From: Octopus bimaculoides
Lineage: Eukaryota
NCBI RefSeq assembly: GCF_001194135.2
Contig: NC_068983.1
Location: 128,149,075 to 128,211,682 of the forward strand
Direction: 5' to 3'
Length of the DNA: 62,608 nt
Shown: piece by piece, positions 51,503 to 62,608 of the stretch
Layout of the letters: each line of letters starts with the position of its first letter
Numbering within the stretch: position 1 is the first letter of the stretch
The notes under the pieces: model-generated
Databases searched by the model: none
Seen by the model: only the letters and a program-made list of their open reading frames with translations
What the model was told of the DNA's origin: nothing
Made by a program: the position numbers and the translations under genes

Positions 51503-51707
51503 GTATATTATTTCCGAACTACGGTGACTGAATAAGTTAATCATATTTAGGAATAAGGGTGTTAAATAGAAAACAACCAGAAATATATAACTGCAATATC
51601 AACGTTTTATCCAATCTAGAGATTTATGCACTGTTCAGAACACCTATTCGAGGAATTTCCCGTTATCGACCTAATAATTACAAAGGTGTCGTCTACACAA
51701 AACCGTA

Positions 51708-51740
<33 letters not shown>

Positions 51741-51893
51741 GCCACCTGTCTATTTTAAAACACTGACTGCATAGTTAAGAAGTTCGCTTCGTATACATGT
51801 TGCTTCGGGTTTAACACCACTGCCCCATTTAGTACTGCGGGCAACTCATTCTACCATGGTATAGCAAAATTCGATGAAAAGTAACTTAAAAGC

Positions 51894-51929
<36 letters not shown>

Positions 51930-53321
51930 NNNNNNNNNNNNNNNNNNNNNNNNNNNNNNNNNATATATTTAGGTGTGTGTGTGTGTGTGTGTTATATCGT
52001 CAGTAGTTCATATATCCGAAAAAGAAGCACACATTAAAACAGTAATATATTTTAAGAAGTTAAAAGTTATGGCCGGTCATAGGGATCATTGTTTTCACAC
52101 CTATACTGCTGAGCACTTTATGGTGCAAGACCAGTGGTCACACTCTGACCGACCATAACTTCCAATATATAACTTCCTAAAATATATTACCTAATGCTTT
52201 GGAGTGTGTTTCATTTTTTTTTTTTTTTTTTTTTTTTGGATATATGAACTACAGACAATTCATTACACACCACTGTTCGCAGAGTATTTTACAAAAGGCC
52301 GCCAAGTGGATTGTCTTCTATAGCTGTACTGGAGGCTGTGCGCCGCTACATAAGTACGAAAGCTACAATCTCTCGGATACTCTGGAGTTATATTAGTAGC
52401 CATTGAGTTTGTCGAGTCACCAATACTGCGAAGCGCTTTGTAGGTGCGCGACTGGTAATCACTTTATGACCGGTCATAAATTTTTACTTTTTAATAAAGA
52501 TATATATATATTTGACAATCGATAAACTTTAAATGCAAAAACATTATATTGAATGCTCTTAAAGACACATGACTCTTATTCCAATTCCCACGCCTTTTGT
52601 GGCTGTTTACCTGTTTACACAAAGACCATTTAAGAATGAAGACATTTCACCGTATGTTTTATTGCTTACAAAATATACTATAGAATGTTAATTCTGTCAG
52701 TTTAATTAAACTTAGTAATCATAAGCATTATTTAAACAGTTACCATTCAATTTATAATTTTAAAAATCGAAGTAAACTGAGCGGAAGTTGTGACAGTGAC
52801 ATCTCATAATATTATAGAAAAAGTGAAATCCGTCACCATGATGAGCTCACATACACCTTTATTTATCCTGATGTCTTAAATATTACAGAGATGACAGCTG
52901 GAGTACACCGTTCCAACATTGTTGTACCCAGCACCAAAGAGTACTGAGAAAGCAATTCAGTGACTTGCTATATCTACATCATATCTTTATGGGAATATTC
53001 GACGAAAGATATACAGATCTTTAAAAATATTCGCAAATTCCATTTTGTGCCTACTATCTGTTACGATTCCTGATAAACGTAATTGTTTTAAATTGGTATA
53101 TAACTGTATCTAGAGTTTTCCTATTATCTAAAATGTATGTTCTTTATACTGGATATTGTGCAGATTGTTTCAATGAAATTAGACTTCACTGTCGTCACTT
53201 CTGGTTTGTTTACTTTCACTTCCTTATTACGCGCCTAAAGTGCATTGTGTAACCCCACCTCCAGACGTCTAAAGAAATCCAGATGTATTTTATACATCAA
53301 TGGCTATCTCTCTGGTTGTCT

Positions 53322-53363
<42 letters not shown>

Positions 53364-53404
53364 AGAGTTCGGGGCGAGAGAGAAAGAGAGAGAGAGAAAG
53401 AGCT

Positions 53405-53525
53405 GCAGATGTGGCTGTGTCAGAAGCTTATTCCCAACAATGTGGTTTCGGTTTCAGTCTCGCTGCATATTACTTTAGGCAAGTATTTTCCACTATGGAT
53501 CTAACCGACCAAAGCCCTGCGTAGG
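53405..53525 (+). mobile_element. SINE family C head fragment
   Basis: gatgtggctgtg..agaagctt...ggtttcagtc...ctttaggcaag..ttttccactat...gaccaaagccctg. Confidence 0.55.
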
Positions 53526-55249
53526 ATTCCCATAATTAAAACGCATATTTCTTTTAAAGTTTTACAAGAACCAAGATATTGGGTGAAGTACCAAACTGGG
53601 ATCCTTTCTGTTCAGCTGCTACTTTTCAGTTTCTTCGATATTTGTTCTAATTGATTTCATATTTGATGTATTGGAGTAGTGTCGAATGGTAATCATTGAT
53701 CAATAATAAGGATTACAAAGTTTACAATTTTGGGATAATTTTAGCCAAGCGAATGCCACAAACATATAAGTATCTATTTTTATAGTAACAAACCAAGCTG
53801 ATACCAAGCTGCTTACCTACATGGTTGTTTTATGCTTATTAAATGCTTAAAACACCGGGTATGAAGTGTTCGTGAGATGTGCTGAAATTAATAGCTAAAT
53901 AGGCCTTGAATCACGCACCAATTTTGTGGGGTGGGTGCATAATCGTATGAATTCCTGTGTGTAGAATACAAATTCACAAAACTTTTCTGATAATTCCAAA
54001 AAATACAAAAGTTCTGAGTTAAATGGTGTACATAAAGCAGAATTCCGTCAATATTTCCTTTGTCTACAGTTGACAACACTGCCGGACGCTCAAAATGACA
54101 GCTTCTAAACCCGGTTTTCTGACTGGGTAAAAACTATCTCTAACTTTTTAAAAGTCTTTTCTGGATCCAGTGTAGAAAATGACATCATTACACCAAATTC
54201 TAAAAAAACTTAAACTTTAAAATTTCCACAGGAGTAGCCAGACAGAAAAGATTCCAAAACTATTGTTATGCCTTTCTTTATCTTACTCCCCTCCCTCTCC
54301 CTTTCTCTCCCTCTCTCATATCTATTTGTGTCTTTGCGCGCGTGTGTATGTGAGATGGAAGTTCATATTCAAGAAGATGGCTATTTAAAGAAGTTTCTGT
54401 AACGCTTCTGTAACGTTTCTGTTTGTTTCAGTTAAACATGATTTATTAATAAATAACATTTAGCAAAGTTAAATGTAACGGGTAATACAATAAACCGCTA
54501 ACATTCAACTAATAATCCAACTTCCAACCAAATCAGCTACAAATGCTATATAATGTAAAACTATGATGTCTCTGAATATATATTTAAACATTTGCTTGTA
54601 ATTAAAGTTGGAATTGCTAGAGACCTCAACTGCTTTTAAAATATTGCAGATTTTCAAAGTAAATTTGAAATAAAATAGTGAAATAAAATAGAAGCATTGA
54701 CAGAATGACAGTTTACTTTTTCTCTTATATTTCAGTATTTTGGAGTTAATATCTCTTTGGAAGAGACACTGAATTGATATATTTTGCACAGACTGGATCT
54801 TTTCTATTGCTGTCACAGTTTTCAACTCTATTTTGCTCCAATTGTTTTCAAAGTTTGTGTACTGATGTAGTTTTGCATGCTAATCATGGAAAGGAAATTC
54901 GTTTTTGCAATAAGTTAATGATTAAAAAGTTAATAGATTTTAAAGTGTCCGATTTTTCGGTAATTTTAGCCAATCGAAAGCCAAAGACATATTGGTGCCT
55001 GTTTCCATAGTAACATGCCAAGGTATAGTCTGCTTAAAATTCCAACCACGTGTTTGTATTGTGTTTACTTGTCTATTTTCTTTGACAAGTGACTATTTTC
55101 TAAACGTTTGCACTACCACATTTTTGTCATTTTGACCTGTTTTTTTTTTTTTATATATATATACCACCTGGTATTTTCAGTTGCTGTCCTGTCACTATAT
55201 CATTTTCATAATTTTTCACGCTAAATAAAAGTATGACCGCAGTCAACTT

Positions 55250-55710
55250 GTTTAACCTTTGGAATATGATGGAGAAATTGAAAACAGAGGAGGATGCAGT
55301 TCTATATACCTGAAAGAAAACTATGTACAAAAAGACACTATATGAACAAGAAGATGCTTTGTGGTAAAATTTACTGGTGGTGTTCCCGAAATGGAAGCAA
55401 CGAGTGTGTGTCTGTCAGCAAAGATACATGGTTGTAAGGTGGCACCCTTCCTCTTAAGACTGTACTGCTGTTTTTCCATTATTCATGGGTCCGGTTTTGT
55501 ATTGAAGAACTGGAGATGAGCCACTGTACAGCTGTTGATTACAGCAGCTATGTTCGCGGAATATGTGCTCCGAAAAGCAGTCCAAATGGGAAAATTATTG
55601 AGAGAGACGGTACAGTCTTCTCAAAATGTAAATAATAACGGAGAAAGTGTGCTTACTACCTAAGCAGTGTTTTCGAAGGAGTGTGTTGTGAGACCAGACA
55701 TATTTTCTCT
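55250..55710 (+). mobile_element. Merlin (IS1595/ISXO2-like) transposase remnant
   Basis: The frame from 55363 reads GKIYWWCSR...VSVSKDTWL*GGTLPLKTVLLFFHYSWVRFCIEELEMSHCTAVDYSSYVRGIC...GKIIERDGTVFSKCK**...SVFEGVCCETRHIF, matching the Merlin pattern ELG.S..T.VDW....RE.C..GK.VEIDES.F.KRK...WVFGG..RET. Confidence 0.75.
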
Positions 55711-56269
55711 TTGAATTTTTACTCGAAATTGTTTACGTAGACTGAACTGCAGTTTGTATTTTTCTTTTTAATTTTTGTAATTCAACGTAGAGTTTGTATT
55801 TTTGTAATTTTTTGCCCCCCCCCCCAAGAAATCATTGAGGAAGATTTCCTTTTTATATACTTTACATGCCTGTTCCAACATTTCACATGACTTTATGCAT
55901 TAAGGCTTATTAAGACTTCAAGACTTCTTACAGGCTTGCCGTCGTAATGTTTTCATAGACAGCAATCACGCACAAAATGCCAGCTTCCAAATCTTTTTTC
56001 TGATTGGGTAAAAATGATCAGACTATAAACCTCTGTAACGTTTTTCTACATTTTTTTTCTGGAACAAGCGAATAACAAGATCCGATTCAGTATGAAAAAT
56101 TACAACTGTATACCAACTTTGAAAATTTTCACTTGATTTTAAAGATTTCAAGATCTGTGACAGGAACAGAAAAAAATATCTCTGCCATCAATAAATGAAT
56201 GCTAATAAAAGAAACTTTAAACTCAATATTTTAAAATTTGACTTTTGTTTCTATTTGTCAAATAAACAG

Positions 56270-56442
56270 GTCAGCTTTATTGGAGATGGGCTAAATATGG
56301 AGTAGATTTTGGTTATCCAAAGCAGCTGAACGTCTGGGTTAACCTTCCCTCCCGTGTTACCGCGGTGTTCAAATGGCAAAATGGAAAAACCTACTTCTTC
56401 AAAGATGACACCTACTATAGATTCAATGACAAAAACTTTAGA
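56270..56442 (+). CDS. MMP hemopexin exon (blades 3-4): (G)QLYWRWAKYGVDFGYPKQLNVWVNLPSRVTAVFKWQNGKTYFFKDDTYYRFNDKNFR
   Basis: Not in the ORF track. Acceptor aaacag ends at 56269, donor gtaagt starts at 56443; phase 1/0, open throughout. Confidence 0.95.
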
Positions 56443-57011
56443 GTAAGTAAAGATTTATTATATTTGTGATATTTGTATAAAAAATAATAAAAAAGGATAA
56501 TGTTGTAATTGTAACTTATTGGTAGGTTTTCATGCAATACTTTTTGTATGAATGTATTATAATAATTATTATATGTTATTAGTAAAATTAATGAATACTG
56601 GTTGACATGAAATATACATGCAGTTGAATATGCAATATGTTTTGATGGCACTCATATCTATTTACTGTAGAATAGTGAGGGACTCTCCCTTCGGAGACGA
56701 CGTATGAATGTTCATCTTTTCGCTGAACAACATCATCAAATGTTTGTGCCGTACATTAGCTCACTCTCTTCATCAAATCGACATTGCCTGAACAATTGTA
56801 CAGTGTACCACGCATCAGGTTTCGAAGTGACTGCAGATAAACGTGTTTTGCTCAAGAACACAACACACCACTCAGTCTAGGAATTGAAACCATGATGTCA
56901 TGATCGTGTGTGCAACACCCTAACCCTCTGGAACAATAATGTTTTATTTATTAAAGAATAATTATCTGGTGATATTCTTTCAACTTTTGTCTCATCCGGC
57001 AATGACAAACA

Positions 57012-57051
<40 letters not shown>

Positions 57052-57319
57052 ACACACATATGTATGCATATGCACATAATTATATATATATGCATAGAAG
57101 CATACATTTGTGTATAATACATACATATATAAGCATATATACACGTTATCCGTGTATATATAATTTAATCAGTTAATTCCAATCTCCTCAGAAATACCAG
57201 GATTTGTGTGTAAATTAGAAATAATTATTTAATACCACAATTAACAAAGACAATAAGAGATAAAATAAATTGATTGGAAATTCATTTGATCATCAGACAA
57301 AAGATCTTGCATTTATTTG

Positions 57320-57475
57320 GGCATTTCATATTCAGCGTTAAAATCCAACTGAGGTCAACTTTGGTTTTAATCTCTCAGCAGTCAAGAAAAAAAAGGACCA
57401 GTCAAATAATACAATCAATGTCATTGACTAGCCCCTTACCTCCAAATTCCTGGCCTTGTGCCTAAAATGAAAATA
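57320..57475 (+). mobile_element. SINE family A 3' fragment
   Basis: gaggtcaactttgg...gactagcccct...tggccttgtgcct. Confidence 0.55.
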
Positions 57476-57484
57476 ATTAGGTAC

Positions 57485-57870
57485 AAGCATGGCTGTGTTG
57501 TAAGAAGCTTCCTTTCCAATTACCTTGCTTTGGGTTCAGTTTCACTGCATGGCACTTTGGACAAGTGTCCTCTACTATAACACTGGGCTAACCAAAGCCT
57601 TGTGAGTAGATTTGATTGACAGAAACTGAAAGAAGCTCATCTCATTTGTATATGTGTGTTTGTCTTACACCGTCACTTGACAGCTGGTGTCAGTTTTCTT
57701 ATGCACCCATAACTTAGTAGTTTGGCAAAGGAAAGTCCTTGAAACTACAATTACTGAGGTTTATATGTTTGACTCTACACTTGAAAGTTGATATGTGTGA
57801 CTAAACACTTGAATGCAGTGCCCTAGCATGGCCTCAGTGCAATGGCTGAAACAAGTAAAGGATAAAAGAT
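57485..57870 (+). mobile_element. SINE family C, older copy
   Basis: ccaaagccttgtgagtagatttg...gaaactgaaagaagc and tail ctagcatggcc...ctgaaacaagtaaaggataaaag. Confidence 0.75.
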
Positions 57871-58190
57871 AAATTGATAAACAATGGAAGAGAATGGATT
57901 AGCAGAATCACTAATATGTCATGTAATAGATTTCATTGTAATATTTATTCTGGGATTTTTACTTTCACCTAGGTGAACATTGCTACTCATCACTCTGGAG
58001 TTGATTAAATAAAATACAAATCGAGTGCTTGAATTAAATTAATCAACTAACTTGCCACACCAAAAAACAAAAAAAAAAGAAATGCATTGATTGTTTGGTA
58101 CCTAAATTAATAACAATAACCAAGAGGAGGTCAAAATAATTTATTAGCATTACTTGAAGTGGGGAGGGTTTGAGAACCATTCTGCTAAAC

Positions 58191-58792
58191 CAGTGGTTCC
58201 TACCTGGGGTCCATATGGCACTTGGGGGTCCATATAAGATTTTGTTGAAATTTGTGCAATAAACTGCTTATATATCTACAATGTGGATGCGCAATGGCCC
58301 AGTTGTTAGGGCAGCGGACTCGCAGTTTCGATTCTCAGACTAGGCGTTGTGAGTGTTTATTGAGCGAAAACACCAAAAGCTCCACGATGCTCCGGCAGGG
58401 GGTGGTGGCGAATCCTGCTGTATTCTTTCACCACAACTTTCTCTCTCTCTTACTTCCTGTAATTCAAAGGGTCAGCCTTGTTACACTGTGTCATGATGAA
58501 TATCTCCGAGAACTACGTTAAGTGCATACGTATCTGTGGAGTACTCAGCCACTTGCACGTTAATTTCACGAGCAGGCTGTTCCGTTGATCGCATCAACTA
58601 GAGCCCACGACGTCGTAAGTGATGGAGTGCCAACAACAATACATCTACAATACACAAGATATTTTAATTTTTTTATAAAATTCCTAATAACATTCAATCA
58701 TAAAAACGCATTAATACTTTATATACATTGAATGGCTAAATTAAAATATGAATCAAAGAGATCCATAAGCAAATGAAGGTTGAGAACCTCCG
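58191..58792 (+). mobile_element. hAT-type MITE, same family as 35595-35839, interrupted by a SINE
   Basis: TIRs cagtggttcc and ggttgagaacctccg; flanks tgctaaac and tgtcaaac. Shares internal motifs ggtccat...aagattttgt and tatatacat.gaatg with the 35.6-kb copy. Confidence 0.75.
58283..58642 (+). mobile_element. SINE family B copy with 9-bp TSD
   Basis: Same sequence family as 12768-13159; ATCTACAAT at both 58274-58282 and 58643-58651. Confidence 0.92.
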
Positions 58793-58881
58793 TGTCAAAC
58801 TATGAAATTATGAAGTACATAATATACAATCTGAAATAAACTAAAAAAACTATTTTCTCCTTTTTATTCTTGGTATTTCAG

Positions 58882-59160
58882 GTTGATGAAGGCTACCCAC
58901 GTAAAGTCAGTACTTGGTGGTTAGGATGCAATGACGACACACAAAATCAAATGCACCACAACGTGCATTCAATCATCACTGCTCATCCAAGTATTCTAAA
59001 TCCGCCACGGACTCGGAAACCCCCAAGAGGTAGTCAAGACGAAAATGAAAATATGCAAACGAAATTACAAATTACACAGAATGAGGCATACCGAACAAAT
59101 TGTCACATCACTTTATTGCTAACTACTTTTTTTACAATAGTGTTCTTTCTAAGGCAATGA
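58882..59160 (+). CDS. MMP terminal coding exon: VDEGYPRKVSTWWLGC, then linker and hydrophobic tail (...QNEAYRTNCHITLLLTTFFTIVFFLRQ*)
   Basis: Acceptor ggtatttcag ends at 58881, phase 0. WWLGC is the closing cysteine of the hemopexin fold; TGA stop at 59158-59160. Confidence 0.93.
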   Translation, partial: VDEGYPRKVSTWWLGCNDDTQNQMHHNVHSIITAHPSILNPPRTRKPPRGSQDENENMQTKLQITQNEAYRTNCHITLLLTTFFTIVFFLRQ

Positions 59161-60262
59161 TGTTGCAGAGGAAATAACTTCAAATTAAACAACAAAATAA
59201 AATCGAACAAAAGAAAAAATATTTAAAAGATAAGGATAATAATTATAATACTATATAATTATTATTGATATTAAATAAAAATTATAACTATAATAATTTT
59301 TAAAACAAAAAAGATAATATTAATGCTAATGATAATATTAATGATAACAATATTAGTGGTGGTGATGGTGATTATAATGATGATGAAGATGATGAAGATG
59401 ATATTATTAATTATAAAATCATAATTATAATATTAAAATTTACGATATANNNNNNNNNNNNNNNNNNNNNNNNNNNNNNNNNNNNNNNNNNNNNNNNNNN
59501 NNNNNNNNNNNNNNNNNNNNNNNNNNNNNNNNNNNNNNNNNNNNNNNNNNNNNNNNNNNNNNNNNNNNNNNNNNNNNNNNNNNNNNNNNNNNNNNNNNNN
59601 NNNNNNNNNNNNNNNNNNNNNNNNNNNNNNNNNNNNNNNNNNNNNNNNNNNNNNNNNNNNNNNNNNNNNNNNNNNNNNNNNNNNNNNNNNNNNNNNNNNN
59701 NNNNNNNNNNNNNNNNNNNNNNNNNNNNNNNNNNNNNNNNNNNNNNNNNNNNNNNNNNNNNNNNNNNNNNNNNNNNNNNNNNNNNNNNNNNNNNNNNNNN
59801 NNNNNNNNNNNNNNNNNNNNNNNNNNNNNNNNNNNNNNNNNNNNNNNNNNNNNNNNNNNNNNNNNNNNNNNNNNNNNNNNNNNNNNNNNNNNNNNNNNNN
59901 NNNNNNNNNNNNNNNNNNNNNNNNNNNNNNNNNNNNNNNNNNNNNNNNNNNNNNNNNNNNNNNNNNNNNNNNNNNNNNNNNNNNNNNNNNNNNNNNNNNN
60001 NNNNNNNNNNNNNNNNNNNNNNNNNNNNNNNNNNNNNNNNNNNNNNNNNNNNNNNNNNNNNNNNNNNCAATAAAACAAATATAAATATAAATTGTGTTTT
60101 AACTCTTTATTTTATTTTTTTTTATTATTTATTTTCTTTCTTTGTTTTTGTAAATGCTTGCTTCACATACTTTGTTGAATATTTATATTTATATTTGTTT
60201 TATTGGTTGAATTCAAGTTTAATATGAAAAATATATATTTGTTTCCAGATATAGCTGACATA

Positions 60263-60326
<64 letters not shown>

Positions 60327-60410
60327 AATATACATACATACATACAAATGCATGTATATATATATATCTATGTAAATGCAAATGCATATGAAAGCATGTA
60401 TGTGTGTAGT

Positions 60411-60443
<33 letters not shown>

Positions 60444-61538
60444 GCATACAAATATCTATACATATATAGATATATATAAAATTACATGTGTGTACGTGTG
60501 TTCTCAGGTGTATGCATGCATGTTCATGTGAGAGTGAGAAACAGCATATATCTCAGTAGATTTCAAGAAATATACAAGACATAGAGTGACTATTATTGTT
60601 ATTAAGAAAATTGTTATTATTATTTTAATAATCTTAATAGCAAGCATACATAAGAATCCATTAATAAATTGAAATATACTTTATTATGTTAAAATAAAGC
60701 TGAAAATACTTTTTAGCATCTGCATATATAGAAGCATACACACACACAGATAAGTTTACCTGTGTATTAATGTATTCAGCATCTATACACATGGATTTAA
60801 TGCATGGAGAAAGTATTATATATATATATATATATACATAAATGTTGAATGATGAAAATGAGTGTTCAACACTACATTCGTGGATATGAACACACACGCA
60901 CATATATACACATACACACACATATATTATTTTGTTTTAGTCAGTATCCTGCTACTTTGAATTTCAGCTGCAGTTGTACAGGATCATAACTTATCACTTG
61001 TTTGAAGATCCTGTGAACCTACAGGCAAAATTAAAGTAGCAAGAAAGTGACTCGTTCAAAATAAAATATATTAATAACCTTGACTATGATATTGAATTCT
61101 CTACTTCCTGACAGATAACACTGAAAACATACATGCACATACATGTACACACACATGTATGAGTGTGTATTCTTACATTCCTCCTACATATTTACATATA
61201 CTAATGGGAAAACTTCTGCTTGTATTATTATCAATACATGTATTTACATTTGTTTCATGTGTACGAGAAGTGAATCCCACACATACACCAATTTTTAGAT
61301 ACATATGGGAATATATACTAAAATTCATTCATTACAAAAATTTAAATATATGTGCACACACACACATGCACACTCAAACACATACACACACAAGTGCTGT
61401 CTTTCTAACATTTATAGGTGAATGATAAGACAATATATTGTGCTTTTTTGCATCTTCTATCATTATGTACTACATCTCTCGTGCATGTATATATGCGTCT
61501 TACACCTACATACATATTCATGTAAACACACACAAACA

Positions 61539-61572
<34 letters not shown>

Positions 61573-61960
61573 NNNNNNNNNNNNNNNNNNNNNNNNNNNN
61601 NNNNNNNNNNNNNNNNNNNNNNNNNNNNNNNNNNNNNNNNNNNNNNNNNNNNNNNNNNNNNNNNNNNNNNNNNNNNNNNNNNNNNNNNNNNNNNNNNNNN
61701 NNNNNNNNNNNNNNNNNNNNNNNNNNNNNNNNNNNNNNNNNNNNNNNNNNNNNNNNNNNNNNNNNNNNNNNNNNNNNNNNNNNNNNNNNNNNNNNNNNNN
61801 NNNNNNNNNNNNNNNNNNNNNNNNNNNNNNNNNNNNNNNNNNNNNNNNNNNNNNNNNNNNNNNNNNNNNNNNNNNNNNNNNNNNNNNNNNNNNNNNNNNN
61901 NNNNNNNNNNNNNNNNNNNNNNNNNNNNNNNNNNNNNNNNNNNNNNNNNNNNNNNNNNNN

Positions 61961-61991
<31 letters not shown>

Positions 61992-62564
61992 AGAGATTCA
62001 TCAGTGTAAATGTTATTAGTGCCTGTGTATGAATGAATACAAATGATGATTTTGTATGTCATAAAAATAAATTAAAAGACAATGCATATGCAAAGTTAGA
62101 TGTAGAAATGAAGGTAAAATTCCCAAAACACTAACTCACATAATATCATGAGAACATTCTTCTTCTGTTGAAGATGTTTTATGTCAGTTCTCTCGGTCAT
62201 GATAAGTATGCATGAACATTACTTGGTTACTATAGTTTTCATTATTCAAATACTTATGCATTCAGAGCTGTATCTTACAATGTGTTGCATGTTTGTAAAT
62301 GGCATGAATGGGAGAATCTATAATGTGGTTGCATTTACTATTCTTTCAGAAAAGTATTCACAGTGATTTCGAAGTTCTGACCTCTGTAACCTACATATAA
62401 AATGTATTGAATAATGTTTCAGCTTAATGAAAATTTCTTTTCCTTATAACTCGACATTAGAGCAAGCAAATATGGAAGTACATGTATATATGCATATATA
62501 ATGCATGCATATATAATATGTGTGTGTACATAAATTATATATATATACATATAATGTATAAATA

Positions 62565-62608
<44 letters not shown>

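Larger units (their letters stand above)
1..62608. repeat. Very dense (AT)n, (GT)n, (CT)n and (AAT)n microsatellites; most N-gaps abut them
   Basis: Examples: 1-185, 868-920, 1160-1272, 4527-4700, 11760-11900, 18105-18200, 20275-20375, 22525-22685, 32185-32238, 40516-40565, 60266-60325, 62570-62608. Most ORF-track entries are artefacts of these repeats and of N runs. Confidence 0.98.

Noticed and set aside
56965-57200. Minus-strand CTGAGGA and CGGATGA-GAC-AAAA-GTT-GAAA motifs
   Set aside because: The core is mutated or no adjacent stem I can be formed.
59196-59201. AATAAA 36 nt after the MMP stop codon
   Set aside because: The region is extremely A-rich with several such hexamers, so the real poly(A) signal cannot be chosen without transcripts.

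Overview
AT-rich, microsatellite-dense animal genomic DNA with many N-gaps. The SINE and microsatellite landscape suggests an octopod cephalopod draft scaffold (inference). One protein-coding gene is supported: a + strand matrix metalloproteinase (M10A) of the invertebrate Drosophila-Mmp1-like type. Six exons join in consistent phase at GT-AG sites: 36521-36725, 44697-44855, 48476-48612, 51361-51502, 56270-56442 and 58882-59160. They encode most of the catalytic domain ([11 protein letters not shown] zinc motif, Met-turn), about 3.5 hemopexin blades and a hydrophobic GPI-signal-like tail. The signal, propeptide and early catalytic exons and the hinge/first-blade exon are not visible in called bases. 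The rest is mostly transposon debris: tRNA-derived SINE families, CR1-, RTE- and Penelope-like retroelement fragments, Tc1, mariner, Tigger, hAT and Merlin fossils and MITEs, plus a near-complete tRNA-Leu(CAA) copy. The most notable signal is a recurring set of type I hammerhead-ribozyme motifs inside fold-back (inverted-repeat) modules. Two intact copies sit back-to-back in a 650-bp palindrome (20502-21149), one intact copy sits in an asymmetric fold-back (39477-39762), an older degenerate inverted pair lies at 50084-50504, and one candidate is cut off by a gap at 6474. All alignments, foldings and family assignments were done by eye.
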